A stretch of DNA of 64,000 nucleotides from Chiloscyllium plagiosum. Lineage: Eukaryota. A model generated the notes under the pieces. The model saw nothing but the letters and a program-made list of their open reading frames with translations, was not told the DNA's origin and searched no databases. This document shows positions 53,260-64,000 of this stretch, one piece after another. The DNA is taken from the NCBI RefSeq assembly GCF_004010195.1, contig NC_057718.1:16191906-16255905 (forward strand), in the 5' to 3' direction. Position 1 is the stretch's first letter; each line of letters begins with the position of its first letter. The position numbers and the translations under genes were made by a program.

Positions 53260-54250
53260 TTTGAAAGTATTTAATTTTATTGGTAATGTCTGAGGAGGGG
53301 ATAAATGCTGATACAATTTTGCAAAGACAAGAGGGCACAAATTTAAGGTAATTGGCAAAAGAAGAAAATATGATTTTCGAAACTTTTTTCAACAGTGAGT
53401 ATTTGGGCTGTAGAATCATGCTTAAGTGTGGCGGAGGCAGATTGATTCGAGGCATTTAGTAATCATTTGAACCAAAACAATGTGTGCAGGGTTACAGGAA
53501 AAAGGCAGGTGTGTGGCACTAAGTCATAATGCTTATTTGGACAGCTAATGCAGTCACAGTTGACCAAATGTCATCTTTCTGCATCGTCATCATCATTTCT
53601 GAGATTCAGGACAATAAATGCTGGACTAGCTGTCAATGCCTGTATCCCATTAACAAATGTCCTTTGTATCTCAATGATCTAAATTGGATATATTACTCAA
53701 TATGTGGCCTGAATGAGTGTGTTTTTAATTACATATTCAGCTTTTAAAAAAATAATTAGGGTCAATGAGCCATAGAATTTTTACAACACATAAAGTGACC
53801 CAGGTATAAAATCCCCATCTATTCTAGTTCACTTTTCCAGCACTCGGCCTGTAACCTTGTATACAACTGCGCTTCAAGACTTCATCGAACTAATTCTTAA
53901 ATATCTTGATGGTTGTCATCTCTTTCACTCTTTTAGGTAGTGAGTTCCAGATACCCACAATCCTTTGGGTGATTTTTCTCTCACCCTCTCACAACCCCTC
54001 TAAACATTCTATTTGTTTACTTAAAATTGTACCTCCAGTTGTGTCCCTTAGAGTAATGTACGTCTCAATCAGATCTCTTCTCAGCCTGGTCTGTTCTAAG
54101 AAAAACCACCCCAGCCATTCTTGTCTCACTCCATTTTTTTTCTCAATAGTTGAGTCACTCCAGCCCATGCAACATCCTAATGAATCTCTTCGGCATCCTC
54201 TCGAGTGCTGATGTGGGCCTGTCCTTCCTATAGCACGAAGTAATATACTG
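53260..54250. mobile_element. Old CR1 3' fragments (+ at about 53260-53590, - at about 53770-54250)
   Basis: RQEGTNLR / TRGH.FKVIG-type C-terminal remnants. Confidence 0.55.
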
Positions 54251-56221
54251 ACCCGAAACTACATGACAGGACAGTGATGAAAGTATTGAATCATGTTAAG
54301 GGAATTTGTTACTTCAGTTATGTTGCCTTTTATATAATTTGTGCAGGTTGGAATGGTGATATTTTGCTTGTAATTAATTTGGTTCAGGGCTTCTGTCACA
54401 TAAAGTATCAAATTTGGTATGGATTGAAGTGGATCAGTATTGAACTTTTCTGCACAGGGCATTAAATTGCTAACATTTATAACAAAGGGCCTGATGTAAG
54501 GTTACGAATTAAGTCAAATCCATTTTTATTTAGGATTTCTGTTTTTTATTATCTTGTTGAAGATTACATTCATGATTCAGTTTCTCAATCAATATTACCT
54601 CCTGATAATTATGCTTTAATGTTTTTCTCCTGGAAAATACGATGAACTCTGATATAACTCTGTTTTAGTTTGAGGAAGTAAGTTAGCCTTAACGGAGCAC
54701 AGCTCATGTAGACTTGGATATTTTCTCAGATCTGAGCACCTTAAGTTTATTTTCTTATGACACTTAATGTTCAGCATCTGATTCTACTGAAGGAAAAGAT
54801 GGATGCTTCTGCTTCAAATTAATGAAGTATCTTTGTTTAGCTTATCAATTACATTGACATAATATATTTATTAGATGTGAAAGTAAAAGGACTGCCTTTA
54901 TTGTTAGGGATATCAAGGTTATTTTTCAGAAAAGCTTAATTTCCAGCTCACTGAATATACAGGATCAAATCCAGCAACATTTTGATGAAGCTTAGCACAT
55001 GGAATAATTTATAATGAGGCAGGTCACGAACAACTCACAAGCTTACATTGTCTGCTTTAAGTCTCTTATCAAAGCAGCTGTTGGTCTTTTGAATGAGTTG
55101 AATTTATTTCCCATGCAAAAAACAAAGGCAAAGAAGTTCATTTTTTTGTTCCTCTCTTTTAGGACTACTGAAGTAGTAAGGCCTGGGAACATTGCCTTCT
55201 GAAGGCTATGTTCCTTTGGCCTATTTTGTCCATGCTGACACCTGGTTCCAAGGTCTCTGTTGTCATGGATTTTTAGCAATCAATGACAAACAATAGAAGC
55301 ATTTCTCAGGCTTTAGTAATGCAAAATTTCCTTAATTGGACTGCTTCTGAGGGCTTCATGGGGCCTAGTAAACATCAAATTTGCTGGAATGATATTGTTT
55401 AATATCACTGGTTTTGTCAAGCTCCTGTTCTAGCTTGTTGCAAGTGAGAATTCAATGATCTTTGGAGCCATTCAGTAAAATAGTGTGTTAAAAGTTAATT
55501 TCTCAAAGAATTTGCAGATATTTGAGTCCTCTGGAGTAGCAATCTGTTTACACCATAGATATTCATGCATACCCAATTTTAGACTAGGCTGGAGATTGTC
55601 ACTACTTCAAAGCCATACTGTTTAAATACTTTAAAAGGAGGCAACATTTAAGCACAGTAAATCATGTGATTCTTTAGTCTCATGACTGAAGAAATCACAA
55701 TCAATTTTCTTTTCATATAATTCAATTATCACAGAACATCAAGATCAATTAAGTATCAACAACTATCCTGAAACAATGACTTTGAGGCAACGTACAGAAT
55801 AATTTACAGTTTCCTTAGTGTATTCATCCCATATGGTAAGAGATCCTTTTCAATAGTATCGATGCAGCAAATTTGAAGCAGTTACACACATCTTTGGTAA
55901 ATAAATCACTCAAACTCCAATCCACATCGAAAGACAGAACAGTTTTTGATTTAAATATGTAACTTTTCCATGTCAGTAAAACTTTACTAAATTTGAAAAT
56001 TTATAGTTTTTCAAAACTAATGCCTGTTTTGAAGTCTCCATTCTGTTCTGTTAAACCATAAAAACGATAAGAGCGGCAAATTATTTTGCATATCAGGCAT
56101 AGTGCTGTTGTTAACATGATTAAACAGAATGAAGTAGAATCCTTAGTTTGTTCACATCCTAGGGAGTTTAATAAATTTTGTGACAATCATACAATTGTAG
56201 CAGAATTTTTAAAAGTTCAAT

Positions 56222-56572
56222 CATATGACGTGGACATTGCTGACTAGGTCTTTATTACTTATAACTAATTAATTGCCAAAAATGCAACCTAGAGTCGATC
56301 ACATTGCTGAGAGTTTCAGTGCTGGAGTCACATGTAGGCCAGATCAGATAAGGAAAAGATGGCAACCTTCTTCCCGAAAGGCTACTGAATCAATTGGGTT
56401 TTTTTCTCACAATTGTTAATAATTTCCTGGTCATCATTGGACTCTTAAGTTCAGATTTTTAATGAATTCAAATTCCACCATCTGTCATGGCGGGATTTGA
56501 ACCCAGGTTCTGGGAACCTGGGTCTCTGGATTAATAGACTCACAATAATACCACAATGACATCACATCCCCA
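56222..56572 (-). mobile_element. tRNA-derived SINE
   Basis: ggagtcacatgtaggccaga core and ggcgggatttgaaccc B-box; same family as about 52445-52712 and 9760-9812. Confidence 0.7.
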
Positions 56573-57559
56573 TAATGGTTACAAGATGGCGAGGTCTTTC
56601 AGCCTGTTGTCTGTGCTGCCACTCAATGCCCTTCTCCCCGTACCCTGTACATTCTTCCTTCTCAGGTAATAATATAATTCCCACAAAAAAACCCTGATTT
56701 AATCGGTCTCTGTCACACACTCACGTAGTCCATTTCCAGATTCCAACCACTATCTGTGTCCAATAGCTTGCCTTGAGTCTTTATTATTTCTTCTCGGTAT
56801 CACAAACATGTGTCCTCTTGTTCCCAACTCTGTCCTTTCTAGAAAATTGCTCTCCAAATACTAAAAGCTGTCAAAGATGAGGATTCCTAGAAGCTATTTT
56901 AAACATTTAACCTGCATCTTGTTCTCCAAAGCTGAGTGTAGTATTTTTTCTCAGGAGTTCATGCTGACCCTATGCTTTTGTAATCTTTTGAGAAGGATGA
57001 TTCTTGGTTATTGGCGGAAGTGATTAGAAATACAAGAGGATGGACCTTTTGTCTGCAGATTTCATATGGATGCTTCAAGACTGAATGTTCTTACCCATCT
57101 CAAATAACCTATCTGACTGGATGAATCTTATCACTTTATCACTTGTTGCTTCTTTAGGCTACCCCATATGAAATAACATACTTCACTGTATCCAGCTGCT
57201 TTTTAAGTGGTTCAAAAATTTTTATTACCGTCATGATCATCCAAATCCAAACTAAGTTTGAGTGTTGCAGAATTCACCACAGGCCCCTTTTCCTGCTGTA
57301 ATTGCTCATATTGGATTTGTTCTTCGCATTATCCTATCTGTATTATTTACTATACTGTGACACTTCCACACAGGTCATACAAATATTAAATATTTATAAT
57401 TATTAATTTTGTCCTCTACATTCCAAATCTAAATGACACCTTTGACTGCACATTATCTGCTAGTGTCTTGGTGCCTAGGTTTTAGTTTTCGAGACTGCTA
57501 ATCATATGCAGGCCATCAAATAGTTTTCTGAGGTGGTTCAGATACTTGGACTTGATTAT

Positions 57560-59439
57560 TTTTATGTGGGAGTTTAGGGAGAGTTTACATGTTACTGAGG
57601 CTCATGTCTGCAGGAAGACTCTTTGGTTGTGAATCCTATCAGATAGAATGGATCGGTTGGAGCGACAGTTAGAGGCAGCAAGGAATTTACAAGAGCTGGG
57701 GGTGTGACAGATGGCAGTTATTTGAAGGGAGAAAAGCTGCTTATATAGTCACATTGATGGGTTAACTCCATGAAAGGTAGGAGAGGGAGGTAGTCCCTCT
57801 GTGGCTAACCCCATTTCAAACAAGTATGCTGTCTTGGAAAACATGGGGGGGGGGGGGGAAATGAACTCTCAAGAGAATGTAGCATGAACAGCCAAGTTTC
57901 TGCTATCGAGACTAGCTGTAATGCAATGAGGGGTACCTCGGATTCCAAGCGATCAATTGTGATAGGGGACTCTCTAGTCAGAGGCACAGACAAATGTTTC
58001 TGCAGCCAGCAGTGACAAATCAGAATGGTGTTTTGCCTCCCTGGTGCGAGGATGAAAGATGTCTCCGAGAAGGTGCAGAATGTTCTCAAAGGGGAGAGGG
58101 ACCAGCAGGAGGTCATTGTACACATTGGAACCAATGACACAGGAAAGGAAAAGGATGAGATTCTGAAAGGAGAATATAGAAAGTTAAGCAGGAATTTAAA
58201 AAGGAGGTCCTCGAGGGTAGTAATATCTGGATTACTCCCAGTGCTATGAGCTAGTGAGGATAGAGCAGATGAATGCGTGACTGAGGAGCCGGTGCATGGG
58301 AGAAGGATTTACATTCTTGGATCATTGGAATCTCTTCTGGGCTGGAAGTGACCTGTACAAAAAGGATGGATTTAACTTGAATTGGAAGGGGACTAATATA
58401 CTGGCACGGAGATTTGCTGGAGCTGCTTGGGAAGATTTAAACTAGTAGGTTGGGGGGTGGGGGGCGTGGTGGGATCCAGGGAAATATTGAGGAAAGACAT
58501 CAGTGTGAGACTGGTACAGTTGGGAAAGGGAGCGAGTCAAACAGTCAGGGCAGGAAGGATCAAAGCAGAAAACAAGGTAGGACTGATAAACTGAATTTAT
58601 TTCAATGCAATTGGCCTAACAGGGAAGGCAGATGAACTCAGGGCATGGTTAGGAACATGGGACTGGGATATCTTAGCAATTACAGAAACGTGGCTCAAGG
58701 ATGGACAAGACTGCCAGCTTAATGTTTCAGGATACAAATGCTACAGGAAGGATAGAAGGGGGGCAAGAGAGGAGGGGGAGTGGTATTCTTGATAATGGAT
58801 AGCATTTCAGCTGTACTTAGGGAGGATATTCCTGGAATACATCCAAGGATGTTATTTGGGTGGAACTGAAAAATAAAAGAGGGATGATCACCTTATTAGA
58901 ATTGCATTGTAGAACCCCTAATAGTCAGCAGGAAATTGAGAAACAAATTTGTAAGGAGATGTTAGTCATCTGTAAGAATAAGAGGATGGTTATGGTAGGG
59001 GTTTTTAACTTTCCAAACATAGACTGAGACTGCCGTAATGTTAAGGGTTTAGATGGAGAGGAATTTGTCAAGTGTGTACAAGAAAAGTTTCTGAGATTTA
59101 GTATGTGGATGCACCTACTAGAGAAGATGCAAAACCTGACCTGCTCTTGGAAAATAAGGCAGGGCAGGTGATTGAGGTGTGAGTGGGGGAGCACTTTGGG
59201 ACAAGCGACCATAATTCTATTACTTGTAAAATAGTGATGGAAAAGGATAGACCGGATCTAAAAGTTGAAGTTCTAAATTGTAGGAAGGAAAATTTTGACG
59301 GTATTAGGCAAGAACTTTTAAAAGCTGAGTGGGAACAGATGTTCACCGGAAAAGGGATGGGTTGAAAATGGAAAGCCTTCAAAAATGAGATACCGAGAAT
59401 CCAGAGATAGTATATTACTGTTAGGGTGAAAGGAAGGCT
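57560..59439 (+). mobile_element. CR1 LINE 5' part: ORF1 (zinc finger and SGNH esterase) and ORF2 APE endonuclease
   Basis: VCRK, VIGDSLVRG, CLPGA, VHIGTND, VVISGLLP; then FNA, ITETWL, KRGGGV and SDHN. Confidence 0.9.
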
Positions 59440-59944
59440 TGCCGTCCCATTCCCCCCCATCAGTCGAAGCAAAATGCTCAGAGACTCAGCGTAGTTTTAT
59501 CTCCTTCATCTTTATACCGGGCCCTAGAGGGAGAGAGAACGATCGCCCATGTGAACAGCAGTTTTTCAATGAATTATATAGTTATATAGCGGGGAGCATC
59601 CAGATAAGGCAACATACATACTAATTGGGTCACCACTGTAGTCAACGAGTATCAATAGCAAAGATTAAGCCATCTGCTGTTACACAATAAATAACTGACT
59701 TCACATAATGAATACTTTTCACCTCGTTAACTGACGTTACAAACTGAATGTTACCTCATCTTGTTAAATGACTGTACATAATGAATGCTTTTCCACCTTG
59801 TTAATCCACTACCCTTGCCTCCAGCACCCCATTGTTAACTGTAAGTTCTTATCTGATCTGAGTCATGCTCAGTTGAACCTCTTGTTTCACAAAACTCAGA
59901 ACTTAACTCTTTCCCTACCTGCTTATACCCTATACAAATTCTCA
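59440..59944 (-). repeat. 3' LTR of the ERV-like element
   Basis: TG...CA on the minus strand, TATA box (GCTATATAAC, 59581-59590), adjacent PPT at 59945-59956. Confidence 0.88.
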
Positions 59945-59989
59945 TTCCCTCCTTTTATTATTTCATGATAACCAATGGCATTACCAGCT

Positions 59990-61480
59990 TTCATAAGACT
60001 CTGACAGCCAGGATTTAAATAAGTTATTGATACACAACATGCAGCGATTATAACAACAAAAATTACTCGTCTGTTACAGTAAAAAGAATTTGAAGAATCC
60101 TCCCATGTGGAAAAAAAATCCACCAGCAAAGTTCTTAAATCCCCAGTCCTTAGTGATCACTCCTCCACCATCAAGTCGAGTGGAAACGGGCCATTTCTCC
60201 AAAATCTCCTTCTGTGAAGTCCACCCTGAAAACAAAATTCAGTCTATCCTTCTGCATCACTCCTCAGAGAAATCTGAATTCTTGGATAAGGGCAGTTAAA
60301 TACTTAACAAAACTGACAAGACTTTCATCCTTCTGGAGATGCTTCAGATGGAGGATACCAGCACATCTGAGCATGCAGTGCAGCAGCTGCAACTGCAGCT
60401 AGGTGAATGCAGCATTTTTTGCTGCGTCTGCTCCTGCTGTACTGTTAAATGTAACAAATGTAACAACTAGCTGTTTTGATGTTAGCTTAATCAGTGAACC
60501 TTCATATCATTTAAACGATTGAAATATAAGGCAAAACTCATATGGTTTAATGTCCGTAGAATGACTACTGACAAAAAGCGTACTGACCTCCTCTTCACTG
60601 TTGTTAACTCCTTCACTTTTCATGCTCATGATTGGGGTGCTGATTGAATACATAGGATCAAGTTTTGGAGGGGCAGGCCATGGTCCGAAGGCATGCTTTA
60701 TCTGTGAATGGAGACACTCTAGAGAAGATGTTAGCTGCTGAAAGTATCTTTACATTTCCTCTTTCATTCCTTCCTTACCAAAGTGGATATCAGTATGGAG
60801 ACAGTCACGCATTCAACTACACTAAATTGTGTCTGCCTATTTTAACATTCTTTGAATTCTTGAAGTCTATTACTCTGTTCTCTATTTATGACATTATCAA
60901 GTTTTATACAATCCATAAACTTCTAAATTGTACTGCCTCAACAATTCAGTCAACAACAATCAATGATCCTAAAATCAAACCCTCGGGTAACTCCATTCAG
61001 GTTATGCAAACATTATTTTCCTTTAACAAATTGAGACTTGGCTAATGTGAAAACTGTCAGGAAAAGTATTACAAAAGTCTGGAAGTGCAAGAAAACAACA
61101 AAGTATTTCCTGTGCTTGAGCAACTGAAGTGGCAGTTTCTGGTCAGATTTAAATCTCAAATATTTGTGGGAAACAAATGCTGAATATTTTAAAATTTGTT
61201 CTCCAAATGAAACTTCCCAAATAAAACAGTTGGAATTATGTTGGCAATTTTGGTAGAGATCAACATTTTTGAATTTGCAATATGAAGGGGGCCAGTGAAC
61301 TCTTAACATTAATTAACAGAAATTAAACAGCTCAGTCTCAAGTTCTTATATTCTGTAAAAAATCTTAACAAAACATCAAACTAAAAATGTACTTTTCTTT
61401 TTGTGAACGCTTTGCATTAAAAGCACAGCAGCAAAAATATTATAATACAATACCCTCGTCTGGTTAAAGCATGACCATTC
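59990..61480 (-). pseudogene. Decayed env-like gene: hydrophobic anchor, putative RNase T2-like domain, foamy-like SU and TM remnants
   Basis: YCIIIFLLLCF (61420-61452); LMLRVHWPPSYCK (from 61312); MELPEGLILG (60967-60996); RSRR furin site plus hydrophobic run (60370-60435); RRID*ILFSGW (60221-60253); RLD..TKDWGFKNF and TM VIFVVIIAACCV (about 60030-60180). Many stops and frameshifts. Confidence 0.6.
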
Positions 61481-61984
61481 TCCCAACTGTTGCTTTTTAA
61501 ACAGGCATTATAGAATTTCAAACACATCAGGAGCTCAAGGCACTTAATCAATTTGTTTTAAGGCTACAAGTTTGATAATTTTAAAAAAGGACATAAAATG
61601 TTGTACAATTTCAATGTAAAAACAAAATCTGCCCCATTACATAGCCCACAAAACACATTGAATTGAGATCCTGATTCAAACAAGGCAAAACAGTTACTTA
61701 AAAGGATTTTCTGAACCAAAATTTTTAAACATCAAACACTATTAGCATGGCAGAATTTACATTGAAACTTTGCTTTTTCAACCCAAGTTTTAGTACAACC
61801 TTAACTTCAGTGTTCCTCACCTTTTTTTTTGCATCTTCTCACTGAAACCATACTTATAAAAAGAGAAAGCCCTCACAGCAGATCACATGGCGTCGCAGTC
61901 AAAGCCACACTCTTCCCCCAGAACAAATTTCGCCACTAGGGGAACTTTGACCCCTTTCTCACTTTACTCCTCACGGAGCAGAAA

Positions 61985-62600
61985 ACCCACTTAAACACAG
62001 TGAACTCGAATGCCACTTAAACGCAGAAAACTCGAATCCCAATTAAACACAAAACGCTAATCCCACTTAAGCACAGAGAGCTTGAAGCTCTCTTAAACAC
62101 AGCTCGAATCTCAGCACAGAGAGCCCGAAGCTCACTTAAGCACAGAAAGCTCGACTCTCAGCACTGTGCGGAGGACTTCAACCTCAAATCAACCCACCCA
62201 GTAGACTCGAACCCCCTACCGCGCAAAAGACTCAAACCTCAACCAAACCCACACCACCCCAGGGGATTCAAACCCCAGTACTGCTCAGAGGACCAGAACC
62301 TCAATCACACCTCCCCACCCCAGGGGACTCGAACCCCAGTAACGCGCAGAGGACTAGAACCTCAATCACACCCCGCCACCCAGGGGACTAGAACCCCACT
62401 AACGCGCAGAGGACTGAAACCTCAATCACACCCACCCCAAGGGATTCGAACCCCAGTAACACGCAGAGGACTTGAACCTCAATCTCACTCCCCTAACCCA
62501 GGGGACTTGAACCCCAGTACCATACAGAGGACTCAAACCTCAATCCTCAATCACGCTCTCGTTCCTCCCAATGCAGCGCAGAGAACTTGAACCTGTGCCG
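61985..62600 (-). repeat. Tandem hairpin arrays in the ERV leader
   Basis: About 7 units of 21-26 bp (61985-62165) and about 6.5 units of about 60 bp (62167-62595). Each 60-mer has two GGTTCGAGTCC-like motifs on the minus strand. Confidence 0.9.
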
Positions 62601-62733
62601 GCCAGTGCACTTGCGGAACTCTGTCTTTCGACTGAACTGATTACCGTTCAAGAAATCTGTAGAATAAAGAGCAATTGAACAAGGGGACCATCTCCCGGCA
62701 CACAAAAATATTGAGAGGGACCAAGGTTTAAAA

Positions 62734-62742
62734 TCTTACCTT
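62734..62742 (-). promoter_or_regulatory. Putative major splice donor of the ERV
   Basis: AAG|GTAAGA on the minus strand, about 80 nt downstream of the PBS. Confidence 0.55.
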
Positions 62743-62821
62743 GTGGTGTGGATCCATCCGTTTTCAGACACCAAAGTTCCGGGCAGCCGCTGACACAGCC
62801 CAATCGTAACAATTTGTTTGG

Positions 62822-62839
62822 ATCCTGCCGACTGTCCTA
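62822..62839 (-). promoter_or_regulatory. Primer-binding site, tRNA-Ser-like
   Basis: TAGGACAGTCGGCAGGAT versus the tRNA-Ser complement TGGCGTAGTCGGCAGGAT (14/18, last 12 exact); 4 nt from the LTR end. Confidence 0.72.
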
Positions 62840-62843
62840 ATAT

Positions 62844-63333
62844 TGCCATCCCGCTCCCCCCTCTCAGTCGAAGCAAAACGCTCAGAGACTCTGTGTAGTT
62901 TTACCTCCTTCGTCTTTATTCCAGGCTCTGGAGGGAGAGAGAACGATCACCCATGAGTTCATGGTCTTCTCTAGAACAGCAATTTCTCAATGTATTATCG
63001 AGCTATTTTACAGGGAGGAGCAATCAGATAAGACATCATACATATTAATTAGGTGACCATTACAATCAACGAGTATCAATAGCAAAGATTAAGCCATCTG
63101 CTGTTACACAATGAATAACTGAATTCACATAATGAATACTTTTACCTTGTTAACTGATGTTACATACTGAATGCTACCACATCTTGATAAATGGTTCTAC
63201 ATAATGAATGCTTTTCCACCTTGTTAACCCATTACCCTTGCCTCCAGCACCCCATTGTTAACTGTAAGTTCTTATCTAATCTGAGTCATGCTCAACTGAA
63301 CCTCTTGTTTCACAAAACTCAGAACTTAACTCT
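62844..63333 (-). repeat. 5' LTR of the ERV-like element (outer ~33 bp deleted)
   Basis: Highly similar to 59440-59910; AATAAA on the minus strand at about 62915-62920. Confidence 0.88.
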
Positions 63334-64000
63334 GTTTAAGAATGATGGTAAGGACAAGTCAGGGAACTATAGACCAGTGAGCCTGACATCAGTGGTGGGC
63401 AAGTTGTTGGAGGGACAGGATGTACATGAATTTGGAAAGGCAAGGACTGATTAGGGAAAGTCAACATGGCTTTGTGCGTGGGAAATCATGTCTCACTAAC
63501 TTGATTGATTTTTTTGAAGAACTAACAAAGAGGTTTGATGAGGGCAGAGGGGTAGATGTGATCTATATGGACTTCAATAAGGCGTTCGACAGGGCTCCCA
63601 TGGGAGACTGGTTAGCAAGGTTAGATCTCATGGAATACAGGGAGAACTAGCCATTTGGATACAGAACTGATTGGAAGATATAAGACAAAGGGTGGTGGTG
63701 GAGGGCTGCTTTTCAGACTGAAGGCGTGTGACCAGTGATATACCGCAGGATTGGTGCTGGGTCTCCTACTTATCGTCATGTATTTAAATGATTTGGATGT
63801 GAACATAGGGGCTATAGTTAGTAAGTTTGCGGATGACTTCAAAATTGGAGGTGTAGTGGACAGCAGAGAAAGTTAACTCAGAGTACACATTGGTTGTTGA
63901 TCAGATGGGCTGAAAAGTGGCAGAAGGAGTTTAATTTAGATAAATGTGAGGTGCTACATTTCGGAAAAGCAAATCAGAACAGGACTTTTACACTTAATGG
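63334..64000 (+). mobile_element. CR1 LINE continuation (RT)
   Basis: GNYRPVSLTSVVGK, QHGFVRGKSCLTNL, YMDFNKAFD and FADD motifs. Confidence 0.92.

Larger units (their letters stand above)
59440..63333 (-). mobile_element. Non-autonomous endogenous retrovirus-like LTR element (LTR-PBS-leader-env remnant-PPT-LTR) inserted in CR1
   Basis: Direct repeats at 59440-59944 and 62844-63333; PPT AAAAGGAGGGAA precedes TGAGAA; LTR ends GGCA; PBS-like sequence follows the 5' LTR; no gag or pol motifs seen. Confidence 0.88.

Noticed and set aside
54250..56200. Repeat-poor AT-rich stretch (also about 17880-18950) as a regulatory or conserved element
   Set aside because: No structure or motif can be supported from the sequence alone; a cross-species alignment is needed.
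60665..61045. 126-aa plus-strand ORF inside the ERV
   Set aside because: Antisense to the env remnant, with no recognisable motifs and a non-ATG start.
61985..62600. Repeat array as a CRISPR or a tRNA gene cluster
   Set aside because: Eukaryotic context, the spacers are themselves repeated, there are no cas genes, and only T-arm-like hairpins are present with no cloverleaf.
59768..63454. Duplicated ORF (HNECFSTLL..HPIVNCKFL) at 59768 and 63191
   Set aside because: It reflects the two LTR copies, not a gene duplication.

Overview
This is repeat-dense vertebrate DNA. HE1/V-SINEs, HER1/CR1 LINEs and SacSINE-like DeuSINEs point to a shark. No intact protein-coding gene or confidently supported host exon was found, and all recognisable ORFs are decayed retroelement fragments. 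Main contents: (1) a decayed Gmr1-like gypsy element (gag-PR-IN-RT-RH order) whose 3' half is inverted, plus two solo LTRs of the same family; (2) two families of Penelope-like elements (PLEs) with fold-back termini and minimal hammerhead ribozymes, one of which appears to have captured about 2.4 kb of foreign genomic DNA inside a 12-bp TSD; (3) many nested CR1/L2 LINE and SINE copies; (4) at 59440-63333 (-), a 3.9-kb endogenous retrovirus-like element with no gag/pol. It has a tRNA-Ser PBS, a leader array of tRNA T-loop/B-box hairpins, and a decayed env that by eye resembles foamy-virus Env with an RNase T2-like domain near its N-terminus. The last item is the best candidate for a novel system. 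All protein similarities were judged by eye and need HMM or structure confirmation. Many repeat boundaries are approximate.
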